Source of the DNA: Tubulanus polymorphus
Lineage: Eukaryota > Animalia > Nemertea
Direction: 5' to 3'
Assembly: GCF_964204645.1 (NCBI RefSeq)
Contig: NC_134025.1
Span: forward strand, 15,190,001-15,254,000
Length of the DNA stretch: 64,000 bases
Below the pieces are notes generated by a model. That model saw nothing but the letters and a program-made list of their open reading frames with translations, made no database searches and was not told the DNA's origin. Below, in pieces: positions 11,701 through 22,469 of this stretch. Numbering within the stretch: position 1 is the first letter of the stretch; every line of letters starts with the position of its first letter. The position numbers and the translations under genes are program-made.

Positions 11701-12776
11701 TCAAATACATTTATCTTTATATTATTATCTCTTTCTATTTTTGGGATGTTTTTAATTCTAACAGGATACTTATCTATCTTATAATTATTTTCAAATGGTT
11801 TATAATGAGTTAATCTAAAACTATGTGTAATATCTTCTGTTGGGTGTAAACAACTTATTATAGCCCATAGAAAACATTTATCATCTTCATTTTGTACATT
11901 TATTACAGCATTAGTTTTAAATGGTAGTTTAATATAACTCGATGCTTCAATATCTGGTTCTTTATTATATGATACATTATTTTCATCAATTGGTTTTGAT
12001 TTAGTTAACTTATTATATTTTGTGTTATAAACATGTAAAGTCATAAATATTATCTCATCAAATATTAAACCAGATCCTTCAAAATATTTCTCTTCTATTT
12101 TAGTTTTTACTTCATTATAACATTTATCTAATTTATGATCTATATTTTGTTTAGATATAATATGTTGTGAATGAGAATTTATATTATATATTGGTTTATC
12201 TTCAGATTTTATGAATTTAACTTTAGAAGATATACTAATTTTAGGATATTCAACATCAGTTATTATTTTTATTATTTCTTTCATATTCTAAATGTTTTTT
12301 ATTTTCTTCTAATGTTTTTCCTTTATGAAATTTAAACTCAATAGCTGCTGGGCCAATATCACTTTTAAATGCTTCGGTTATCTCTATATCTTTTTTATTA
12401 TCTAATATATTTTCTTACATCTTCCATGTATGGTGTTTTATTGTTTAATTTATTTTTTATGCTTTTAATTGTCTTCTGTTTCTTATCATTATCTTAATCA
12501 AAATAATCTTCACCTAAAATATCATTATTCTTATTTCTAATATGACTTATAGATTTTAAATGTTCTTTATAATATCTTTTATCACTGAATGATTGATTAC
12601 ATGTATCACATTTGTATGTTTCTTTTTCATTCTTTAATTCATCTAATTTAGTTTCTAATATATCATCTTTATATTCTAGTTTCAATTTATTCTCTAAATG
12701 TGTTTTAGTTTTATTGTGTCTTGCTTTTTGGGATTTATCTATATTGATATTACATGTTGGGCAGTAGTACTTATTT
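8776..12776 (-). pseudogene. pPolB: Protein-primed DNA polymerase B (~4 kb) with N-terminal Zn fingers and an endonuclease VII-like insert; multiple frameshifts and stops
   Basis: YIDANNLYGWAM, KLMNNAFYG*T, YFDTDS, GKFKDE, SKMYSY; exonuclease region FHNLSGYDAHLF and DVLLLTDIFERFR; DHDHLNGKFRGAAHENCNL; start codon appears to have lost its G (TTAAAAT-AAG TAC TAC TGC) at ~12773. Confidence 0.93.
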
Positions 12777-12854
12777 TAATACTAAATTTTTTATTAGAAT
12801 TGATTTTAGAAGTTCAATGATTTAAATGTTATTCATTTATATGAATATTTTATG

Positions 12855-13258
12855 AGTAATAGGGGTAATGGGCTTTCATATCAAAGGTTGAATGGTCGAG
12901 TTCATTAAAAACATATATTAAAGGTAATTAAAAACTATAATATATTTTCATAACCGTGTGTATTTCAGTTGAATAATAGAATAATTATTATTATTTGAAT
13001 ATATTTGATTATATGAATTTGTGTATTGTAAATAAATCAATTGGTCGCGGAGCGGAGCGGTAGCGAAGTGGAGCGACCAATTGATTTAATACAATATGCT
13101 TTTTAAATTATTGATATCTTAGAATAAATATTTAGTTATAATATAAAATGCACACGGTTATGAAAATATATTATAGTTGTTAATTACTTTTAATGTTTTG
13201 TTTTTTAATGAGCTCGACCGTTCGACCTTTGGTATGAAAGCCCATTACCCCTATTACT
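12855..13258. repeat. Terminal imperfect palindrome (hairpin) of the Polinton-like virus
   Basis: AGTAATAGGGGTAATGGGCTTTCATA..TATGAAAGCCCATTACCCCTATTACT outer stem ~110 bp; inner stem 13033-13048/13073-13088; GGAGC-rich loop. Confidence 0.93.
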
Positions 13259-13754
13259 ACCCGAAATGGGTATACTATAGTTGGTTTGCTCATACTTAAT
13301 TTCCCCAATCGCGGTTGTGTCTCTGATCTAAATAACTTATTCGGCCGATGCTAACAACGGGTCAATGGTTTTTGTTTCTCAATTACTTAATTGCGTAATT
13401 TTCATCCTGCATATTCCGTCACATATCATCGAGGGTACTGACCAGATATTTTAGATGGTAGATGCTAACCATGGGTCAATGGTATTTGTTTCTCAATTAC
13501 TTAATTACGTTCATAGATGATATATTGTATCAAGGGGTCTGGCCAACGACAAAATGCTTGATTATTATAGAGTAAATCCGAATAAAATGAGACAGATATG
13601 AAATATTATATACATTGCAAGTTTATTATTTACTCGTTCATCTAAAAAAACATTAATTTTTTTTTTCCAAAAATATTATACATATACACGGGTTATGGCT
13701 TTTATTTATACAATCCGGTAGATGACGAATGAGTCGCTACGTATAAAAATTCGT

Positions 13755-14122
13755 AAAAGATAGAAACTCACTACTTTAGTTAATCCTCTTTTGGTCAGAG
13801 CGGTTTTAAATTACTTTAATTATACTTGGGTTATCATTATACCGTATTCAGGTGCTTTCTAACCCCGCTTGTGTCTTTTGCGCAGTACGGGCATCTGTAT
13901 TCCTGATTCGAGTGACTCGAATCGTACCAGCACGGTCTCATATTAGCCAGTTCGGATATATCTTCTGTAAAATTAATATCTTTCAATTTTTTTCTATTGT
14001 TCCAATGTTAGTTTTACGCCGCATCTAGTCGGATTTACGTCGAAAAGCTCATCGTATTTTCGGATATCTACGTAATACGGTGATCGTGACTAGATCCATA
14101 TATCTTGATAAAGTTCGAACGT
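13755..14122 (-). pseudogene. Degenerate duplicate of the 3' half and 3' flank of the PC4-like gene
   Basis: Aligns to 14815-15320 (taaaagatagaaactcactactttagttaatcctc; cgcatctagtcgga; ttgataaagttcgaacg) with indels. Confidence 0.8.
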
Positions 14123-15007
14123 AACATTTCGGCTACTATTTTAGTGCTCCAATAACAGACATCTTGGAAATGATTTGTCCTAAAACTACCCCCTTATTTA
14201 TGGGTCTAAGTCAGACGACTAATTAGTTGATTAATTCTCATAGTCTAACAGTTTACTCAAAGTATTTGAGGATTCTATCACATATAATTAACGGTGTTTT
14301 TGATACTCGGGTCTAATATCACCCAGCATATAGGACCATCTGTTCGGTTTTTTCTAAACAATTTAATTACCTCAGTGCTATGAGCACTAAAAATGTTCGA
14401 ATTATTGCTAGTGTAATTGGTTTGAAACCTCACACATAATTTCCCATCTCGGACGTGTCTCCGATCTAAATCACTTAATTGCCTTCGTCTTCCACATATA
14501 ATTAATGGTGTTTGGATACTATCGATCCATCTGCTACTAGTCTAGGTAATTGGTTTTGCTCACACCTATTTTCCCCAATCGTGGTCATGTATTGATCTAA
14601 ATCAATTAATTGCCTTCTTTGTCGGTATATGGTATCATGGGTCTGGATAGCAACGAAATGCTAGATTAACGTATTGTTAAATCAGAATGAGTCAAAAATG
14701 AAATCTTTTATTCAATAAATGTTTTATTTAGTCCTAAAAAACATAAATATTTTTATAAATATTATAGATAAACATAGGCCATATACCTATACACGAAAAA
14801 ACCATAAATCTCATAAAAGATAGAAACTCACTACTTTAGTTAATCCTCATTGGTTAGAGCGGATCTTAATGAAGTCCTGGATTAGTTATTTCGGATACTT
14901 ATTTCTATCTGAGAGTTTAACGCAAACTAACGTATATAAATTGATGTTTTTTACACATTTTGTTAATCGGTTATGATATAAATATTATTTAATTAATATC
15001 TGTGAAA

Positions 15008-15825
15008 TTATACTTGGGTGATCATTACACCGTATTCAGGCGTTTTTCTAACACCGCTGGTGTCTTTAGCGCAATAGGCGCACCTATATTCTTGATTCGA
15101 GTGACTCGAGTCATACCAACACGGTTTCATATTGGTTAGTTCGGGTATATCTTCGTTAAAATTAATGTCTTTCAACTTTTTCCATAGTTCCAATGTTAGT
15201 TTTACACCGCATCTAGTCGGAGTTACGTCGAAAAGCTCATCGTGTAGATCATATTTTCGGATATCTACGTAAATACGATGATCGTGACTAGATCTATAGA
15301 TTTTGATAAAGTTCGAACGACCAACGGTCATCACGCCTACGTAATCGATATCTTCTTTAACGCGCGCAATTTCGTGTTCGATATCGGCTTTACAATAATC
15401 TATATGTACCCACTCTTGGAGATCTAGCGAAATACCGTTCTTTGTGGGATACAGTTGTTTTCTACGCTCGCAACACTCATAAGATCGTAAATCTATACGT
15501 TTTAACCCCTGCCACGTTTTCGCACTCACGTACACAAGCGATCCTAGATAATGAGGCTCGGGGTCATTGTTCCAGGTATTCCGTTGAACTTTCGACGGAA
15601 CAGCGTTGTCATTAACGATTGAACCTATAAAACAATAAAAAATATTCTATATCAGTATACGTATGACTTAATATTTGACGGTTTCGAATACCGGAATAGT
15701 TATAAAAACTTACTAAAGTCGAGTTTGAGCGAGGGGTGTTTTCTTTTCCTAGATTGAAGAGAGGACTTTGCTCGAATCGGTGTGCTTGACATTTCTAAGG
15801 TAGTTTGTCCACTAGTCGAATCCAT
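15008..15825 (-). CDS. Spliced protein with two tandem PC4/Sub1-like ssDNA-binding domains
   Basis: IDLRSYE..PTKNGISLDLQEW and VDIRKYD..PTRCGVKLTLELWKKL; GT-AG intron 15625-15713 joins an upstream exon starting MDSTSG in frame. Confidence 0.78.
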
Positions 15826-16379
15826 CTGGGCGATACAGGTCGATGTTGACGGTTCAAAGTTTCTGAGCAGAATGATTAGTTTATGGATTTACATGACGTT
15901 TTTATTGTCAGAAAATGACTTGCCCGAACACGATTTACGGTTTCACTTGTTGTTGCGAAATATATTTCGCCCAAACTCGTTCATGATTTCACAATAGCCG
16001 TTAAAAGACGCCATCTTGGAAATATTCCCCCACTCCCCCTCCTCTCACGCACACACACACACACACACACGCACACGTTCGCGCTTACGCGCGCACGTGT
16101 ATAGAAATACGTAATATTGAGTCCGATTTAACCGAATGCTTCCGTACGGATATTAATGTAACAGAGTGAAAATATAGTTACCTATTTATTTATTTATTCT
16201 ATTTATTGCGTATTTATTGTTAATAAATGTTTTTTTAATTGTTGACATTAATTTGTTTTACATTTGTTTTTTGAATTTTTGGTTTACTTCGTTTCACCCG
16301 TACTCGGGATTCCTTGGAAAAGCGCCATCTAGGATTTACTCCTCCCCCTCCTCTCACACACACGCATAGGATGTCGTAC

Positions 16380-16697
16380 CCAATAAATAAATTTGGATTT
16401 GGTCTCAATAAATAAAATTGGATTTAACATCATCAATAAATTGATTTGGATTTGTTGTCAATTTATTGATTTGGATTTAGCGGAAAAATTTTGAATTTTC
16501 CCGCCAAAAATTTGAAATTTGAATTTTAACCGCCACTTCCGGTCGCCATCTTGGATTACGTCACTTCCGGTAACCATCTTGGATTACGTCACTTCCGGTC
16601 GCCATCTTGGATTACGTCACTTCCGGTATGACGTCATCCCCCCTCCCCCTCCTCCCCTCACTCCACTGTGGTACCATAGTGACATACCCTAACTACT
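16380..16697. repeat. Subterminal tandem repeats: ~26-bp AT-rich units, then 28-bp CACTTCCGGTCGCCATCTTGGATTACGT x3.5
   Basis: Directly visible; units contain ETS (CACTTCCGG), YY1 (GCCATCTT) and CRE-like (TTACGTCA/TGACGTCA) motifs; E2F-like TTTCCCGCC at ~16497. Confidence 0.88.
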
Positions 16698-17324
16698 GTC
16701 GATTAACTACAAAAACCTTACTACAACAAGATCGAGTCAATGACAAACATTAACTGCTAACGGTTGCAATTATGGGTCATTTTCAACTGTTTAATATATA
16801 CAATACAATAGGTGGATCCTCTTCAGGTATGGTGCTGGAAAATGTCGCAGATTCAAGCGAACATTATCAATCACGGTGACAGTTTCATATCAGTAACAGA
16901 ATCGTATTCAAGGTCAGACAAGGACAACATCTGCCTATAATTCAAAGTCCATAAAACTTCGGTCGTGTGTATACAATTTCACCATCTCAATGCTGCTGCG
17001 CCTGATCTATACATAGTTTAACTTAAATATATTATCAAGGCACACTGGAGCCATCTTGATAGGCTACAAAATTAGATTTATTACATACAAAATGCCTGAC
17101 CCATCTTATGATTTTCCCACCATTTTGGATGAACAACAACAACAAAAAAGTCTCAGCCAATCACTGAGCTTGAATTCTCACCCTCGCATGCCTGTGAAGG
17201 AAAGTAATCCCAGAAGGTGGCAGCACCATACGGGAAACAATTTAAGACAAAATTACTTAATTTACAAAATTAAAACAATGAAATACAATTGGTAACACTT
17301 GTTTCTGGTGGCTGTCTGTGACTT

Positions 17325-18002
17325 ATGTTTTCTTTATATAAGCGTGAACGTCGAAGGGGTAAGACAGAAGCCCAGAAAAAACTTCGAGTCCTTTCGAAAA
17401 TGATAATTTTGGACAAAAGCAAGTGTTCAAAATTGCCTGTTGAAGTTTGGTGCCGTGATAAAGGTGGACTTTACAAATTCAAGCCAGAATTCATGGATAT
17501 GGTAAAATCAATTGATACCGAAATCATGAATTGTGTAAATGTAACCGAATTGCAAAAACATAAAAAAAGAATTATCAGGGTAAGTAAACAATGTTTTAAA
17601 ATATTTTTTATTGCCCTTAAAACAAAAAATACACATCAAAATAAATTAAATGTTCATATTTTTCAGCTTACAACAGACAAAATTCTGCCAAACAAGGATC
17701 TTGAAGCAGTTTTTGTCGGACTTGTCACACAAAGTGTTGGATCAGAGGTGGCAGATGAACTGAGACTGAACATAGTTTCTGTTTGGACGGACTTTTTGCG
17801 TAAATACACTCATGCGCGCATAAATGGAATCATAAAGGGAATATACGTGAAAAAAGTAGAAAAATCTGGTAAACGCCTGAAAGGAGGATCAAGCTTAAGA
17901 GAAACGCTTTATAATCTTGGAAAGACAAGAAACCCTAAACATTCTAAATCAACTCCTTCAACTTCTAAAAAACAATCTGTTCGTAAAGGAAATAAACGGT
18001 GA
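17325..18002 (+). pseudogene. 3' part of a transposon-associated gene convergent with the transposase; 87-nt intron 17580-17666
   Basis: RDKGGL motif, basic C-terminal tail, gtaagt..tttcag intron; in-frame TGA just upstream (VSGGCL*LM). Confidence 0.5.
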
Positions 18003-18230
18003 CATGGTTATTAATTGAATAATAATACGATTCTTCATTTGATGTATATAAAGGTAACTAAGAAATTGGACAATACATGAACGTATATGTTTATATATAA
18101 TTTATTTTTAGTTTGTTAATTATTTTTTTATCATGAGTGGAACGTCCTGGGTATAAAGCGGTGTATCTCTGTAATAATTTCTCTTCTTTTTCTTCTGATG
18201 GCCATGGACCTCTCTTTTTAACATAACAGT

Positions 18231-21200
18231 TCACCTTGCCTGTGGATAGTTCAATGACGTTAGTTTTCCACCCACGCAGTGTTTAAACTGCGAGAAGAGA
18301 GTTTCTACTGCACTGCCATTCACTGTGAGTGGGGTAATACAATATCCAGGAAATTCAGTGAGATAGTCTTTACAAAATCCAATGAACCCAAACACCATAA
18401 CACGAAGTAGATCATATGTCTGAAAATATAAATAGTGTCTCCATTTCTTATAGATGCTCATTTAAAAAGATAGCCATAGGTGCTATTTCGTTGATATGTT
18501 ATCTTAGTTTACCTGCCAACTAATAAATTTCTTTTGGGATGGAGAAATCATCTGGAATTCGTCAGCAACTGAAAATAAGATAGGAACCCAAATTTGAATT
18601 AGTTAATTTCTCTATGAATTATTTCGTCTGGCAAATTTATTTTAGACACATGCAAAATAATTTGTTATATCGGTGTATTCACTCACATTCATGGTGTAGA
18701 TATTCACACCAGTCCCTGACGTATTTATATCCTTCTGAGATGTTCAATATGATTGGGCTTTCCATGTCATGAATCTGGCTATTTCTTGTCATGTCATTTG
18801 GTTTTCTACTTTTCAGAAGTCCTTCTTCAAAAAGTTGGCTGCAAGCCACCAGGAAACTTCGGGTTGCCATAACATGTTCTGATTCCAATGGGATAGGAGA
18901 ATTGTCGGGATTCGCGTAACTGTAGAGTTCGACAAGCACTTGCGGTTGCTATAAATAAATACAGTTCGTGAAGACTAGGTTCTGACAGTTATCTCTTAAT
19001 TAAGTTTGAATTAATGTTTTTTATACCTGCATGATTTTTGCTGGTTTAACATTTAGCTTAGTCCAGGAATCTCGTTCTATATAAGATTTGATCAATCCTG
19101 GTACCATCCGAATATGATTATCATCTCTTCTTTGAGTTTCACGATTCCACATACTTTTTATTTCATCCCATCCGAATTCAACTCCATTCATGAAGTTTTT
19201 CGTTCCACCTGTTTGACTTGCCCACAACTGATTAATTTGATTTTTAAGCTGTAAAAAGAAACATATCAATAAAGATGAGATCCTTCAATTATACTGTAAA
19301 ATACCATATTTCAACTTGGATAGAAGTGTTAGCTTACTTGATGTGATGGACAGATGACAAAGTAAATTTTCTTTTCTGGTTCGTGGGGGTTCATCATCCA
19401 AGGTTCAACTTTATGCCGATCTTCCTGGGCATCCATTAGACCAAAGGCACCGTGCGGATAACCACTGAGTGTTTTTATCATCGATAGGTTGATGCTGGCT
19501 CCATCAGTCACCACCACCCTTGTCTGCAAAGAAATTTGAAAATTAAAGATATCTGAAGATGCTAATCAATGGGTTTCATCAAAAATTATGAATTTTTGGT
19601 TTCATTTGCAATCAACTTAAAAACTTACCATGAATCCATACTCATAAAAGATTCTAAAGACATCATACAGACAAGCTGTCGTAAAAGCTGCATCCATTGT
19701 TGTGTGACAATTAAAATAAGGTCCAATAATATCGAAATCACTGCTTAAGTCCCTCCACAAAAACTGCAACTCATATCCAGCCGTCTCTGGTGTACATTCT
19801 CCGGATAATTCTTTGAAAATATCTTTCAAAGAAGACATTTCTGTGGCGTCCATAGCGAGCCCGTTGAGTTGTTTATTTTTACTATTCCACGCTACTTTAC
19901 CGATAACTTTTACTTCATCGAGTATCAAAACTCCAGTTGAGGTTGGTGATTTTTTGCCTTTCGATGTACACTCATTTTTCCACAAATTATAACGGTTTAA
20001 TGTGTCTTCTATATAATCATAATATGACTCCGTTCCAGGAGTCTGCAACAGTGCAGTAGAATAGTGCTGCAGTGAACTTCGCGAGGGCAGTTTGAAAATT
20101 CCCCACTCTTGAATCGCTTCGTAGGCTGCAGGGCTTCGACAGTATATTGACAGAGCAATTCGATAGGTGACCATACTCCAACGGTTTCCTTTCTGTCCAG
20201 TTTCTAATTTGAAAAATTAAAATATTTTGTAAATTTTGTCTGGATTTCACTTTTCAATTTGAAATTTGGATCAACAAATATATTGAGTTAAAAGAAGTCC
20301 AATTTTCATCTAGAATTGTGGGCTAAAGTATCCAATATTGAGAAGTATATTGAAAATATCTAGTGGTTCAGAATTATATGAATTTTTTCATGAATTCAAA
20401 ATGATAGAAATTCACTTACCATTGCGGTGCTGATCGGCTTCCCAGGTAGTTTTTATTGCTTGCAATGTGTCTTTTTCTAATTCTGCTTCCGCTAAGACAG
20501 CTTCGATATCACCAGGCTTGACGTGAGAACAAAAATCTTCCAATTCCTTAATTTGCGTCTGTTCAAGTTCGATGGTATAGTCATTTTGAATTTTCTGTGA
20601 GGTGTTAATTAATCGACGCTTTACATTTCTAGCACTTGAACTCTTTCTCTCGATTCTCCGCTTTTTGCTTCGTGGTGTCAAATTAGTCATAGGATAGTTA
20701 GAATTTTTTTCTGAACGTCTTGCTTTAGTTTGCGGAGTAACCAATTGTTCACGCTTGTTCGTCTTTCGAAGATTGCGATAAGCATTTGAACGTTCCGGAC
20801 ATCGAGACGTTGCTGATAATCTTGCTTCTCGTTCTTCTACCGTGGCATTGAATCGAAGTTTGAACCATTTTTTGCACTTTTTTGATATAAATGATGGCGG
20901 AATCTTTCTCTCGATAACGAACGACGGAATATACTTGATTGACGAACAAACGCTGTCTGGATATTCCGGTCTGGATATTCCTGTGCAGAATACATATTCA
21001 CTAGACATCCGACCAAGCATATCGTCGATTACATTCCAATCTATTCCCGTGTCCGATAGATATGATGTTTCGAATAATAATTCATCGCATAAGTAGTGTT
21101 TCAGAACACCAGATGTGAATATTAATATCTTCGACACGGTCGCTGGTCCTCCCGTCGTGAATCCCACATCACATATTCCTCGAGTAATCTCGAGAAAAAT

Positions 21201-21401
21201 ATCTCCAGAGCAACTTAAAAATCGTATTTGTAATAACGCAAATAGATCGTGAATATAGTTAACTATTTCTGACAATTCCGATGGACCAGCATTAAGAGCA
21301 ATTTTGCTACTACCCGTTTGAGTAGTTTTATGGTCAGTTTCTTTAGAAAGTAATACTGGAACATAAATAACGGCGGGTTGCGCTGGAAAAAATGTAGTCA
21401 T
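18231..21401 (-). CDS. Seven-exon P-element/THAP9-like DDE transposase (~823 aa; stop may be premature, frame continues to ~18121)
   Basis: Exons 20420-21401, 19629-20203, 19338-19523, 19027-19248, 18687-18948, 18513-18568, 18231-18419 join in frame at GT-AG sites; LILDEVK, VVTDGASIN, CPSHQLKN, KLNVKPAKI, NGSAVETLFSQFK. Confidence 0.8.
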
Positions 21402-22469
21402 CTTTTCAGCTTTACTTGTTGCAATTGAAAGACATTATATGAATGCGGCTTTATATATGTTTTGAGTTGATCAGTTTGATGGTTTCTAGGGGTATGAACA
21501 CTGATATTAGTCACGGTAATTAAAAAAAGCAACTGCTATGTTTTAACCCGTGCACACAGTGATGCATGGCAACTGGTAAAACCATGAACAACTATCTTTT
21601 TCGTAGTCATACAAATTTACTTGAAAATCCATATAGATGTAATAAGTTCATTTTTTTATTCAAAGGTACTTATGAGTGGTTATGGCTTAAAACTCCCATT
21701 CATATTGCTTTTCTATATTACGGGTTGTCTAAGTCGTTATTCGAAAAACATCAAATGAAAAAAAAACCCGTGTAATTTACCTATCTGAGAAAAACTTGTA
21801 AAACTCATTTGTTCTCGTCGGTTTAGCAATTTTAAAGGATTCGAGGTAGAGAATCGTATATATTTTCACTATCTCTATAAAATACCAAATCAAAAGAAGT
21901 TGTTTAGCCTAGTTGTTAACGGCGGGTTGCGCTGGAAAAAATGTAGTCATCTTTTCAGCTTTACTTGTTGCAATTGAAAGACATTATATGAATGCGGCTT
22001 TATATATGTTTTGAGTTGATCAGTTTGATGGTTTCTAGGGGTATGAACACTGATATTAGTCACGGTAATTAAAAAGAGCAACTGCTATGTTTTAACCCGT
22101 GCACACAGTGATGCATGGCAACTGGTAAAACCATGAACAACTATCTTTTTCGTAGTCATACAAATTTACTTGAAAATCCATATAGATGTAATAAGTTCAT
22201 TTTTTTATTCAAAGGTACTTATGAGTGGTTATGGCTTAAAACTCCCATTCATATTGCTTTTCTATATTACGGGTTGTCTAAGTCGTTATTCGAAAAACAT
22301 CAAATGAAAAAAAAAACCCGTGTAATTTACCTATCTGAGAAAAACTTGTAAAACTCATTTGTTCTCGTCGGTTTAGCAATTTTAAAGGATTCGAGGTAGA
22401 GAATCGTATATATTTTCACTATCTCTATAAAATACCAAATCAAAAGAAGTTGTTTAGCCTAGTTGTTAA
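21368..22469. repeat. Near-perfect 549-bp tandem duplication covering the transposase start and upstream region
   Basis: Identical ORFs at 21566 and 22115; junction microhomology TAA; mirrored at ~45465-46566. Confidence 0.93.

Larger units (their letters stand above)
1191..13258 (-). mobile_element. Endogenous Polinton-like virus, ~12 kb, left-truncated, hairpin right terminus
   Basis: pPolB motifs, capsid-like genes, 11 co-oriented intronless genes with spacers of roughly 0-40 bp, extreme AT richness, terminal palindrome 12855-13258. Confidence 0.88.
13259..16697. mobile_element. Terminal portion of a Maverick/Polinton-type element (left boundary uncertain)
   Basis: Ends in CCCTAACTACT (reverse complement AGTAGT, canonical Polinton terminus); subterminal tandem repeats; PC4-like gene. 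Confidence 0.6.

Noticed and set aside
1-13258. Interpretation as mitochondrial linear plasmid or bacteriophage contamination
   Set aside because: Standard genetic code ORFs, capsid-like genes, no RNA polymerase or Shine-Dalgarno pattern, pseudogenised and contiguous with intron-containing animal transposons; a related terminus recurs at 23580
16530-16640. 28-bp repeats as a CRISPR array
   Set aside because: Head-to-tail repeats with no unique spacers, no cas genes, eukaryotic context
21566-22351. Repeated MATGKTMNNY ORFs (also 45583-46368)
   Set aside because: Recurrence is explained by the tandem and inverted duplications; no coding evidence
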